From the IMG/VR virus record IMGVR_UViG_3300042975_000096: a DNA stretch of 64,000 nucleotides; one strand, written 5' to 3'. Positions within the stretch are counted from its first letter, which is position 1, and every line of letters begins with the position of its first letter. The stretch is from a virus (lineage: Duplodnaviria > Caudoviricetes). A program made the translations under genes and the position numbers. Of this stretch, positions 1 through 9,612 are shown in pieces. A model generated the notes under the pieces. That model saw nothing but the letters and a program-made list of their open reading frames with translations, did no database searches and was not told the origin of the DNA.

Positions 1-183
1 CATTTGTTGATTGAATTTTTCCATTTGTTCTTGCTGTTGCTGAAACATTAGTTTCTGCTCTTGATAATGTTGATAATCCATGTAGCTATTATATCCAATG
101 TATGAAGCCATCAATGCTCCAATCAAAATAGCTACCCCTGTCTGTTTATTGTTTTTGATTGTATTAATAATTTTTCCTGTCAT
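1..183 (-). CDS. Partial ORF running off the window edge; hypothetical protein with N-terminal hydrophobic segment
   Basis: Manual translation from ATG 183: MTGKIINTIKNNKQTGVAILIGALMASYIGYNSYMDYQHYQEQKLMFQQQQEQMEKFNQQM, open to position 1; true start uncertain. Confidence 0.5.
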   Translation of the reverse strand, partial: MTGKIINTIKNNKQTGVAILIGALMASYIGYNSYMDYQHYQEQKLMFQQQQEQMEKFNQQM

Positions 184-317
184 TCTCGCTCGTATGCAAC
201 ACCTGTTTTCAAAACAAGCTACGTTTTTTATTACACACGATTTTCACATCCTTCCTTTTCATTTATTTTTATTTTTTAACCAACACGTTTTTGTGGTTAA
301 TTTCATTTGATAATCAT

Positions 318-346
318 ATTATAGCATACCGTATTCCATTTGTCAA
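318..346 (-). promoter_or_regulatory. SigmaA-type promoter
   Basis: TTGACA-N17-TATAAT with extended TG on the minus strand. Confidence 0.7.
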
Positions 347-354
347 CAATATGC

Positions 355-387
355 AAAAAAGTGGTCACAAAAACCATGACCACTTTT
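355..387 (-). terminator. Intrinsic terminator
   Basis: aaaagtggtca...tgaccactttt inverted repeat with A/T tails, just after the 408-1100 stop. Confidence 0.7.
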
Positions 388-407
388 GAAAAACTAACTT
401 GATTTAA

Positions 408-1100
408 TTAGCCTAACATTGATAAAGCGTCTTGCTTCTCGTTTACAAAGCGATTATGTAGACCTTCCTTTACTACTGTATAAGAACCATTCGCCCAATC
501 CTGTGGACTATGATACAAACCATTTGAATTTTCGGTTGCATTATCACATTCCTCAATCAAGAAGTCATAAATGTTTGCAATCATATCATAATCAAATTTT
601 GCATCATCAACATATGATAAATTATCATATCCCATACGATTACATGCAATCGTATATAATTCAACCATATTACCTGAACCATATTGTGTAGCACGACTCA
701 TCAAAACAGCTTGCATAGCTTCAGATTTTGTCGTAATATCATAATAATTATTCTTTAGTTTTTCAGCAGAACTATCAAAATACACACTTTGAGCATATGC
801 ATCTTGCAATTCGCCAAATCCTTCAGGGTCATTTGCCCCAATTTCACGCCACGTATCAATAAATTCTTGGGAATTTACTTCATACTGACTTAATGTACGA
901 CCATAATTAGCTAATGCATCATTTTCATAATTACATGCAAAATTCAAAAACGTTGTGAGTGCGCCCATATTGGAAGCCAATTGATAAATACCATATGAAA
1001 TTCCACCTAAGTCACCCTCACCCGTAGAAACCGCTCCCGGGTCTCCACTAGCTTCATACTTACGTACTAAACAAGAAATATTTGACATTGTTAAATTCAC
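408..1100 (-). CDS. Putative peptidoglycan hydrolase (VgrG3-C-like, lysozyme-like fold)
   Basis: KYEASGDPGAVSTGEGDLGGISYGIYQL resembles the KYES..G.VS.G.GD.GG.SYG.YQ motif of this family. Confidence 0.6.
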   Translation of the reverse strand: MNLTMSNISCLVRKYEASGDPGAVSTGEGDLGGISYGIYQLASNMGALTTFLNFACNYENDALANYGRTLSQYEVNSQEFIDTWREIGANDPEGFGELQDAYAQSVYFDSSAEKLKNNYYDITTKSEAMQAVLMSRATQYGSGNMVELYTIACNRMGYDNLSYVDDAKFDYDMIANIYDFLIEECDNATENSNGLYHSPQDWANGSYTVVKEGLHNRFVNEKQDALSMLG

Positions 1101-1158
1101 CTACCTTTTTTATTTTTTGTAGTATTCCTACATTAATGTAATATGTTGAGATACAAAA

Positions 1159-1234
1159 AATATAACCACTACATGTAGTGGTTATATTGATTAGAATTAC
1201 TCTATATAGTGTTTTTGCCACTATATAGAGTAAT
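1159..1234. terminator. Two adjacent hairpins downstream of CRISPR array 1
   Basis: Perfect 30-bp palindrome aatataaccactacatgtagtggttatatt (1159-1188) followed on the minus strand by a U-tract; 16-bp inverted repeat 1196-1211/1219-1234 abuts the last repeat. Confidence 0.7.
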
Positions 1235-1449
1235 ATTTCGATTCACGCACCTCGTAGAGGTGCGACGTTAGCAAGGTAGCAGATAACAAGCGATTAGCGG
1301 ACATTTCAATTCACGCACCCATACAGGGTGCGACTATCAGGATTGCACAAATTTCAATTCACGCACCTCTGCGAGGTGCGACGTTATATTTCTTTTCCGT
1401 TTCTCTATTTTATCTATATTTCAATTCACGCACCTCTGCGAGGTGCGAC
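1235..1449 (-). CRISPR. Type I-C-like CRISPR array 1 (4 repeats, 3 spacers)
   Basis: 32-bp repeats at 1235, 1303, 1351, 1418; minus-strand consensus GTCGCACCTCGCAGAGGTGCGTGAATTGAAAT; spacers 36, 16, 35 nt. Confidence 0.95.
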
Positions 1450-1650
1450 AGCACACATGCCAAAGCCTTGCTACGCAAGGGCTGAAATGGCACTTTGTGC
1501 GAACCCCTTAATGTTTTACAAAATTCATTGACATATCTACATGCAAATACGTATGAACCCTGTAAAACAAAGAGGTGCGAAGCACCTAGTGTTTTTCTGT
1601 TCACTTATGCTTCGCACTTATTATAACATTCTATTTATCATTTTGTCAAG
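1450..1650 (-). promoter_or_regulatory. CRISPR leader copy 1 with sigmaA promoter
   Basis: Near-identical to 34551-34752 and 43138-43338; TTGACA (1649-1644)-N18-TATAAT (1625-1620); gtgcgaagca...tgcttcgcac inverted repeat 1575-1617. Confidence 0.9.
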
Positions 1651-1653
1651 TAA

Positions 1654-3750
1654 TTATTTTATTTTTATTTTCAATCTACGTTTTTCCGTTAAATCATCCG
1701 ATTCAACTAAATAACCCAATACAGAATCGCAACAATCTTTAGTGCTATCATAAAGTCTAGCGCAACCATTATCGGTTGCAACAACCTTTGCACCTTTTTC
1801 TGATTTTCCCACAAAATTAACACGAACACGTCCTGATAATGCAACAGGAATAAAATCGCTATTTGCTTCTTCTATGGTCTGTCCGTCTGTTGCTAATACA
1901 CCACCAACAATATGTCCATAAGAATCAGAATGAACCCCAATTACACATTTAGCGTTTTCAGTTGCCTTAATATATTGTTCTTTATCTGAATTCAAATCTA
2001 ACATAACTACATCACCAGGCAATGTTTCCTCTCCACGTGGGAAAAATTCTGCATAGTCATTATAGATTGCGTTATGTACTTTAGGAGCAGTAAACTCACT
2101 ATAACTATGTAGATACGTTCCATCATAAGCCAATCTTGCTTGATTAATATTACCAAAATAAACTGGATTACCCTCCATTACAATTCTTGCGCCTGAACCA
2201 CCATAACGTGTTGTAACATTCAAGTGGCAAATATTTGTTTCAGCCATTGCATTTAAATTTTTAGAAACATTAAGGGTTTCCACATCCTCTGAATTTACAT
2301 TAATATAGTCCGCATGAAAACCTCCAGGTCTATCCATTAAATATACACTATCATCATAAAACGGAGTAGTTCTTGAACTTCCATCAGAACCTAATACATA
2401 ACCTTTTTTCGTTGCATTGTGATTTATTTTAATTTCTGTAGAATAATCAGATTCACTTGAAGTATCTGCATTACCTTGTAGATGTCCAACAAATGTATTT
2501 GCGGTAATAGACCCCTTATTTTTATCTAACATTACCGCTGAATCACAAATTAAAGTATTATATGCTCCATATTGAGGTGTTGCGGTAATATATCCTTGTG
2601 AGTAATCCTCATTATTAACCATAACCTTATCTGCATTCATTGCATGATTAGCTTCATTTGAAAGCCCTGTCAAATTACCATCAATATTTTTCCCATTAAT
2701 CTTAACACAATCTCTACTAAGTCTCCAATATTCTATAGAAGAAGGAGATAAAGCTTCCATTACATTATTAATTTCAACCTGTGCAGAACCATAGATACAT
2801 AATTTCATATCATCTGCCCAGCCATTTTTTAATGTTTTCAAATATATCTTTAGCTTTCCATCAATGGTATTATATGCAACAATATCACAGTCTCTTAATG
2901 TACCAATAACCAATCCATTTAAGAACGCACCCTCACGATTTGAAGCACAAACAGTTATATGTGCTTTTCCTTCATCTTTTGCCCATCCTCCAATATGACC
3001 TTCAATCAATACATAATCATATGTAGTGGTATTACTAGAAGGTAAAGTACATAACAAACGGTATGTATCAAACGCAGGATGGTCTGCATTTAAACGAATA
3101 TTTAATGGCATGATTTTTTCAGACGTTACATCAATTTTAACATCTTCACTACCATCAAACATAGTTGAACCTGAAATCAAATTTGTTAACTCTATCTTTC
3201 TAGGATATTTTAATTTATGTGCAACATTTGCTTCTTCCGCAACAATTTTAATACCATCTTTATCATGTGGATTGTCACCTGGGTCTTCATCCTCTGTATC
3301 AGTGATGTTTTTTCCATTATCATCTTTAATCGGATTTCCATCTTCATCTTTTCCACCAGTTAATTCATACAAATAAACAAAGCGTTTCCATCCTGACCAT
3401 TCATTACTTGAAGCCTTACTATAGCGATAATACCATTTACCGTTTTTAACTGGATGTAATTCATCTTGTTGAACGACCATAATTTGATATTTATATCTTC
3501 CCATACCAACATTAAGCAACGTTCCAACCGTACAGAAGTTCTCTGCCAAATTATATTCTGATAAAATAGCATATACATTCATTCCTGTATCTGGCCATAG
3601 ACCTGGAGCATCATTTGAATTCGTCACTCCTGTAGGAAACTTTAATGTTCCGCTAAATATATCATAAACTCTATCTAATTTTTCTCCATATATGGCTTGC
3701 TGTTCCGCAAGCTTTTTATACAATTCTAATAGCGATAATTCTTGCGCCAT
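1654..3750 (-). CDS. Tail fibre/spike protein with C-terminal peptidase G2-like intramolecular chaperone domain
   Basis: WSGWKR motif, fibre-type GHLQGNADTS segments, C-terminal NDYAEFF..PGDVV..IGVHSD..PVALSGRVRV. Confidence 0.75.
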   Translation of the reverse strand: MAQELSLLELYKKLAEQQAIYGEKLDRVYDIFSGTLKFPTGVTNSNDAPGLWPDTGMNVYAILSEYNLAENFCTVGTLLNVGMGRYKYQIMVVQQDELHPVKNGKWYYRYSKASSNEWSGWKRFVYLYELTGGKDEDGNPIKDDNGKNITDTEDEDPGDNPHDKDGIKIVAEEANVAHKLKYPRKIELTNLISGSTMFDGSEDVKIDVTSEKIMPLNIRLNADHPAFDTYRLLCTLPSSNTTTYDYVLIEGHIGGWAKDEGKAHITVCASNREGAFLNGLVIGTLRDCDIVAYNTIDGKLKIYLKTLKNGWADDMKLCIYGSAQVEINNVMEALSPSSIEYWRLSRDCVKINGKNIDGNLTGLSNEANHAMNADKVMVNNEDYSQGYITATPQYGAYNTLICDSAVMLDKNKGSITANTFVGHLQGNADTSSESDYSTEIKINHNATKKGYVLGSDGSSRTTPFYDDSVYLMDRPGGFHADYINVNSEDVETLNVSKNLNAMAETNICHLNVTTRYGGSGARIVMEGNPVYFGNINQARLAYDGTYLHSYSEFTAPKVHNAIYNDYAEFFPRGEETLPGDVVMLDLNSDKEQYIKATENAKCVIGVHSDSYGHIVGGVLATDGQTIEEANSDFIPVALSGRVRVNFVGKSEKGAKVVATDNGCARLYDSTKDCCDSVLGYLVESDDLTEKRRLKIKIK

Positions 3751-3823
3751 TTAAAAATCACCAACTTTTTATTATTTATACTCTTTTTATTATCTATAAC
3801 AAAATATACATAGTTTATATACC

Positions 3824-4375
3824 TTACCGGTATACCCATTGCCGTTGAGCGTAGCTACGTATACGTACTGGGGCTGGATTACTCTTAATTGCCTTACCAT
3901 GTGGACGTAAAGCTTTTTTCAAGTTTTGTTTTTGTGTTTGATATGCAGATAACAATGAAGATGCAATTGATTGATAACCAGCTGCTGCATTAATATTTAA
4001 TGAAATACCATTATCTGAATAACTAAAGCTTTCTCCTGTCTGCACAATGGCTTCACCCATTAAAGCACTAATCAATGCTCCTGCTAATATACAACCATGC
4101 CAACTAATTGGTACATCACCTAGCATATATACAGTAAACGGCGGTTCTGCATTTATATCTGCCATTGCAATTTGTAAATATATTAACAATAATTCATCTG
4201 ACCATCTATATCCTCTTTGTTTTTCAACTAAGGTATTCAAACTTCTAAATTGTTCATCTGGCATATCTTTCAACATAGCCCTTAATTTGTGAACCAAATC
4301 TCTTTCTTCATCTGTTAATGGAGAAATCGAACTATCTTGCGAAGATTGCAAAATAATTGGCATATTTATCACCAC
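3824..4375 (-). CDS. Hypothetical, probable head-tail/neck protein
   Basis: 183-aa ORF; LRAMLKD..WSDELL..SYSDNGISL pattern is reminiscent of head-completion proteins. Confidence 0.4.
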   Translation of the reverse strand: MVINMPIILQSSQDSSISPLTDEERDLVHKLRAMLKDMPDEQFRSLNTLVEKQRGYRWSDELLLIYLQIAMADINAEPPFTVYMLGDVPISWHGCILAGALISALMGEAIVQTGESFSYSDNGISLNINAAAGYQSIASSLLSAYQTQKQNLKKALRPHGKAIKSNPAPVRIRSYAQRQWVYR

Positions 4376-4433
4376 TTTTATAAAAAATTAAAACCTTACT
4401 AATAGATAAATACATCCATAGTAAGGTTTTAAT

Positions 4434-5369
4434 TTAATAGTTAGTAACCAACACTTCAACTGTTTTACTAACTCTATCCTTTTTATGATAGCTTGCATTA
4501 CCATAATCATAATTCAAATAATGCACATTATATTTTTTAGACCAACCAATTAATAAATCATTGCTTTTCCCATTAACCTCAAATACATTTGATAATGCAA
4601 ATTTACATTTTAATGAATTTAGCAAATCAAACAAATCTTGTTCTTCTTTTTCCGTCCATAATTTATTATAAACCGAATCCGTTATTAAATACGGAACATC
4701 ACAATAAATTAATGTATTCTTATCTATATTATTAAAATCAATTTTTCTAAAATCTTTATTCATAAAAGCAATATTCTTTTGTTTCATTAAATTAGAAAAA
4801 TCAACTACTTTTTTTCTTAGTCTTTTATTGAAATCGGATTTGCCAACAGGCATATTATAATATCCATCTTTATTAAACCGAATTTGATTGTTAAATGAAA
4901 ACATAATTATTGCAAAAAACAATTCAATATCAATAATCCCTTGAGTTTTTAAATCATTAAAATCTTCTCTTAATGCAAGATAATTTTCCTTATTATAATG
5001 ACTCAATCCCCAATTATTATGTCCATTATTATAATATTTAATGCCATTTAAATGTGATTCCGATAAATGATAGTCATTAACAATATTTTCAATATTATGA
5101 ATAATCACATTAGATTCTGTTTCGTTCAAATATTTCAACAATCGAATTACATATGAATCAATATCATTCATAATTACATTTTTTGATTTAACGTTAATAC
5201 CTACATTACCGCCACCACAAAACAAATCAATAAAACTATCTGTATCATAAAACAACGGAATTATTTGTGGCAATAATTTATATTTTCCCCCTGTATAATT
5301 TAACGGACTTTGTACGAAATCCATCCCATATTTCTCTCCCCATCTAAATAATGGGATGCTATTGCACAT
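4434..5369 (-). CDS. dam: DNA N6-adenine methyltransferase (Dam/D12 family)
   Basis: SPLNYTGGKYKLL, DLFCGGG, RFNKDGYYNMPVG, IYCDVPY (DPPY variant), EVLVTNY; true start probably the internal Met (MDFVQ). Confidence 0.88.
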   Translation of the reverse strand: MCNSIPLFRWGEKYGMDFVQSPLNYTGGKYKLLPQIIPLFYDTDSFIDLFCGGGNVGINVKSKNVIMNDIDSYVIRLLKYLNETESNVIIHNIENIVNDYHLSESHLNGIKYYNNGHNNWGLSHYNKENYLALREDFNDLKTQGIIDIELFFAIIMFSFNNQIRFNKDGYYNMPVGKSDFNKRLRKKVVDFSNLMKQKNIAFMNKDFRKIDFNNIDKNTLIYCDVPYLITDSVYNKLWTEKEEQDLFDLLNSLKCKFALSNVFEVNGKSNDLLIGWSKKYNVHYLNYDYGNASYHKKDRVSKTVEVLVTNY

Positions 5370-5380
5370 CCCATCTCATA

Positions 5381-5767
5381 TTAATAATCGTATTCATCGC
5401 TATAATCGTAATATTGTTCTGCCTCATCATAAATATATTCGGCAATATTTTTCAAAAAAGTATGATTGTGAACCAAATCTGAAATAGTTTCGCTTTTATC
5501 ATCATTCGAAATAGTAACATCATTATCGTATTCATAATCTTCCATTGCAATTTCAATCAATGCAAATAAAAATTCTTTATCGTCTTCTAAAGAATCTTCT
5601 AAACAAGCCATTTCTTCATCCGTTCTATTTTCATAGTTAATCATATCTTTGGCATCTGTTTTGCAAAAATTATCTAATTCTGTTTTTAATCTTCCTGTTG
5701 GTTCTTTTGTAAAATCAATGATTTCATTGTCATAACTTTTTGAGGCAATTAATCGTTTTTTTCTCAA
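5381..5767 (-). CDS. Hypothetical acidic protein
   Basis: 128-aa ORF overlapping the upstream stop. Confidence 0.6.
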   Translation of the reverse strand: MRKKRLIASKSYDNEIIDFTKEPTGRLKTELDNFCKTDAKDMINYENRTDEEMACLEDSLEDDKEFLFALIEIAMEDYEYDNDVTISNDDKSETISDLVHNHTFLKNIAEYIYDEAEQYYDYSDEYDY

Positions 5768-6156
5768 TTTTCCTTAAACTCCTTTTCTACTGTTGATTCA
5801 CTAGAAGATGTATCTTTATTATCGTGATTAAGATTTTCTTCTTCAACCTCTCTATCTTCCATATGTTCGCAATCATCTTTAATTATCTTATCCAAATGAC
5901 CTTCTAATTCTAAGCGGTCATCGTCTTCATTCTGAACAATATTATTATCATACAGAAAATATTGTAAAATGGTTTCATCCCAATCTGAAAATTTATCTCT
6001 CATCCATGCTTTAAATATTTTGCCAATACGTTGTGCTTCATCGTTATCGTCTTCGTGAATATCCAAAACATATTTCATAGTTAAAATAATTGATTTTCTT
6101 TTTCTACGTGGTTTTGCTGTGGTCATCTTTGTTAAACGTTTTTTCAACAAACTCAC
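5764..6156 (-). CDS. Hypothetical protein
   Basis: 130-aa ORF with AAGGTAGG RBS. Confidence 0.6.
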   Translation of the reverse strand: MSLLKKRLTKMTTAKPRRKRKSIILTMKYVLDIHEDDNDEAQRIGKIFKAWMRDKFSDWDETILQYFLYDNNIVQNEDDDRLELEGHLDKIIKDDCEHMEDREVEEENLNHDNKDTSSSESTVEKEFKEN

Positions 6157-6328
6157 CTACCTTATCTTTTATATCTATTATTAAAATATTTTTTATACAC
6201 AAAAAAATATTAGTTTACAGATAAAACCCCTAGTTTTATTCTATTCAAGCAAGGCGATAAAAGTTAAGATAAACCCATATTTATTAAATGAACCCTATAT
6301 AAATGAAAAGAATCGAGGTGGATTATTT

Positions 6329-7819
6329 ATGGCTCAAAAACTTATAAATCTGTTACAGATTAGCGGTGGTAAAAAATTGCAAGAAACCGTTCAAGCAATT
6401 GAAAAAAGCTATCCTGCTGATAAAGTAACAACAACAACTGCAAAAAAAGTTGCTGAAGGTCAAGACCCTGCTACATACACAGCACAAGAATTATTAACAG
6501 AATTGAAAAATTCTATGGATAAATTGACGGATGGTAGCAATGGCTCTATTTCTGACCAAATAAAAACAGCAAAAGAAGAAGTCGTTAAAATGGTTGATGA
6601 CATCAATAATAGAGAAATATTAGATAATGTAAGAATCTTTATTGATGAATATTCTTCAAAAGATGATGTAACTGTTGGTTCTTTAACTCAATCTGAATAC
6701 AACACGTTAAACGTTGAAGGAGCAGGTACAGTTGCAACAAAAGATGGAAAATTAATCACTTTATCACAAGAAGATTTGCAGAAATTCCAATTAGATACTC
6801 CTTATATTGTTTATTCTTTCCGCAATACTCCAATTTTAAATGAGTTCAAAAAGAATATAACTGCCACGTTTACAAAAGATGCAACTAGTGGAAAAATAAC
6901 CATTAAATTTAATGATGTTCCTGTAACATTTTCCACGACTAAAACAACTAAATCTATTGAGGGAGAAGAATCAACATTAGAGTCTGATTTAAGAACAATT
7001 TCTCTAACGCAACAATATTGGGATGATTCTGCATCTATTATTGTTAAAGATTCTACAGGTAAAATTATTGATGCTTCTGAATATTATGTTAAGTCATTGT
7101 CAGGAAAAATCATGTTTAAAAAAGAACAAGTAGCAGGTTCTAAATATACTGTTTCTTATTCTTATTTTGAATATTCTGAAACTGTTACAAAACAACCTTC
7201 ATTTACTGCTGAATTAGTCAAAGATGCCAGCGGAAATGTAACTAGTGCAAAACCATTATTATGGAAAATTTTTCCTGTTAAATCTATGAAATTCAGCGAG
7301 TTATCTTCTGATTACTTATTGGATAATAGTGAATTAAACCAAATTTCCATGCAAAATTCAATCAATGAATTAAGCGAAAAATTGACTAATGAAACGGATA
7401 TTGTTGAACAGATTGTAGCTAAAGTGGGTGAAGCTTCTATTCAGAATGCATTAACCACTATTACTAATGAATTATCAAAAAGATTAGACCAGGCTGAAAA
7501 AGCAATTAACGATTTAAAAAGTTATTTCTCAGAAACATTTAATCCAACAGATAAACAAACATTATTTAATTTATCTCACGTTCCTGCAAGTAAATTAGTT
7601 GACTGCTACATCAATGGAATAAAATACTTCGAGAACACGTATTTTACTATTGATAGAACAACTGTTGGTACTGATGGAAATAAAGGTTATAAACCTTCTC
7701 TTACATGGTTATTCACTTCTGATAAAGAAGGATTTGATTTGGGTCCAGATTTTGAAGTTGTGTTGGAATATCTTATTGATAATGACAAAGCTATGTATTC
7801 AGCCACAGCTAACTCTTAA
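6329..7819 (+). CDS. Probable virion structural protein
   Basis: 496 aa, GAGGTG RBS, first gene of the + strand block; beta-rich modules (FNLSHVP..CYINGIKY). Confidence 0.6.
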   Translation: MAQKLINLLQISGGKKLQETVQAIEKSYPADKVTTTTAKKVAEGQDPATYTAQELLTELKNSMDKLTDGSNGSISDQIKTAKEEVVKMVDDINNREILDNVRIFIDEYSSKDDVTVGSLTQSEYNTLNVEGAGTVATKDGKLITLSQEDLQKFQLDTPYIVYSFRNTPILNEFKKNITATFTKDATSGKITIKFNDVPVTFSTTKTTKSIEGEESTLESDLRTISLTQQYWDDSASIIVKDSTGKIIDASEYYVKSLSGKIMFKKEQVAGSKYTVSYSYFEYSETVTKQPSFTAELVKDASGNVTSAKPLLWKIFPVKSMKFSELSSDYLLDNSELNQISMQNSINELSEKLTNETDIVEQIVAKVGEASIQNALTTITNELSKRLDQAEKAINDLKSYFSETFNPTDKQTLFNLSHVPASKLVDCYINGIKYFENTYFTIDRTTVGTDGNKGYKPSLTWLFTSDKEGFDLGPDFEVVLEYLIDNDKAMYSATANS

Positions 7820-7842
7820 TCAAAAAACGGATGTGATATATT

Positions 7843-8433
7843 ATGCCAAAACTGGTTAATGTAAACCAATTAGATAAAAACAGCATAGAGTACGCTTTCA
7901 ATTTGAATCAACGTACAGAAAAAATAGTCACATTCATATTTCCTTCACTTATTGAAGGTGCATTTGGGCCTTTATGTAAATTTCCTATTGGTGGAAAAAT
8001 AAAAAAAATAGAAGCATACTGTCAAGACGTTGCTTCTGTTGATACAATATTCACAATAGAAAAATCTACACAAGAACAAATAACAAAATTCACTTCTGAC
8101 GAACAACAATTAGTAGCTGATTTAACCAAATTAACAAATTCTCATACAGAACTTGTTGATGCAACTGATTCTAAAAAAACCAATTGTAAAGATAATTTAG
8201 TTACTAGTATGTTAGTTACTCCATGGAAAAAAATATTATCTTCTAATATTGTTATACCAAAAAATCAGAATTTTCAAAACAATACTTATGTGTTATCAGA
8301 TGATGTAGTTGCTGAAAATACAATATTTAGAATTAATTTTTTAGAAGTTGGATTTAAAAGTTCTAAAACGGCTCAAACAATTGCAAGCAATTTAACAATA
8401 CAAATAATTATCGAAACAAACGATAATTACTAA
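7843..8433 (+). CDS. Hypothetical virion protein
   Basis: 196-aa ORF in the operon. Confidence 0.6.
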   Translation: MPKLVNVNQLDKNSIEYAFNLNQRTEKIVTFIFPSLIEGAFGPLCKFPIGGKIKKIEAYCQDVASVDTIFTIEKSTQEQITKFTSDEQQLVADLTKLTNSHTELVDATDSKKTNCKDNLVTSMLVTPWKKILSSNIVIPKNQNFQNNTYVLSDDVVAENTIFRINFLEVGFKSSKTAQTIASNLTIQIIIETNDNY

Positions 8434-8453
8434 TAAATGGATGGTGATATGTA

Positions 8454-8932
8454 ATGGCGGCTCCTATAGTAACATGGACAGACGCATCAGATGATGGAAC
8501 AGTCATTTCCGCTTGGAATATGGGTAAAGTAAACGCTGGCGAACATGCTGGTGAAAAAAATATTCATATTTGGAACAATAAGGGAAATAAAGATTCTGCA
8601 TTATCTGATATGCAAGACGTACAGGTAACAACAACCTCTCCTGATGATGGTGATACAACTGACGTTGTAAAAGACCATTGGATTCAAGTTCGTTGTAACT
8701 CTGTCGCAAAAGACGGCAAAGCAGATACTACGTTTTACGAAATCGGCGCAGACCAAACACATACCTTAACTGCTGAAGGATGTGCTGAAGGTGTAATTAG
8801 TGGTGCAGTAAATAACGGATTGGCAACAGATTTAACGAACTTTGCTTCAATTACATTGATTGTAAAGTTCCTGCAAACGCTCCTGCTGGTCCTCGTAAAT
8901 TGAATACTCGTATAATTTATTATTACACCTAA
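8454..8932 (+). CDS. Hypothetical virion protein (apparent 1-nt indel near 8860)
   Basis: ORF 8454-8903 ends in an implausible tail; a shifted frame gives ..DCKVPANAPAGPRKLNTRIIYYYT* ending at 8932. Confidence 0.55.
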
Positions 8933-8983
8933 TTTTCAAAAGATAATATTAATTTTAACCAATACAATGGGAAGGAATAAACT

Positions 8984-9595
8984 ATGGAAAAACAAATAAC
9001 ATTTGATAATGTCAGTCTGTTTTCTCCTATTACTACTCAACCATTCATTTGGATGGTTGAGTATTTTTCTAATATGGGATTAACAGAATTTGACTTAGAC
9101 ACAAAAGAAGAAAACAATTTTAATGACATTGATAAAACTAGAATTAATCGTTTTGGATTAATTGGTCGTGGAGCTAAATTATATTTTGACCACTTTGGGG
9201 GAACATTCCTTTTGTCAGGACAAAAATACGCAATTAAATTAAGAAGTAATGGCGTTGAATATGATTTAAATCCATACAACAATAATGTAAATGATATTAT
9301 TACCTATAAAAAGGCTACGGCAAATTTAATTGAAGGTGTTCGTGAAGCACAATCAATTATTTTAGGATATTTTTTTGGTTATAAAACTAAGTTGTGTATC
9401 AACGAAGTAAATTTTACACTCAAACCAATTATTTCATTATTGGCAGATAAACCTTTATTCTTAGATTTATCATTATCCGCTGATAAAGATATTGAAGGAC
9501 AAATTGTTTTTGTAAAAAATAATACAGAAGAATTTGTTTATAATATCTCATTAAAGAAAGGTGTTACCAATCGAAGTCATTGGGATATCGTATAA
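8984..9595 (+). CDS. Hypothetical phage protein
   Basis: 203 aa with GGAAGGA RBS. Confidence 0.65.
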   Translation: MEKQITFDNVSLFSPITTQPFIWMVEYFSNMGLTEFDLDTKEENNFNDIDKTRINRFGLIGRGAKLYFDHFGGTFLLSGQKYAIKLRSNGVEYDLNPYNNNVNDIITYKKATANLIEGVREAQSIILGYFFGYKTKLCINEVNFTLKPIISLLADKPLFLDLSLSADKDIEGQIVFVKNNTEEFVYNISLKKGVTNRSHWDIV

Positions 9596-9612
9596 AAAAG
9601 AGGTGAATCACA

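Noticed and set aside
1328-1604. ORFs over CRISPR/leader DNA (1328-1531, 1410-1604, 34464-34658, 42746-43232, 43104-43292)
   Set aside because: They are translations of repeats and leader; their mutual similarity reflects the DNA duplication, and the copies do not keep a common intact ORF.
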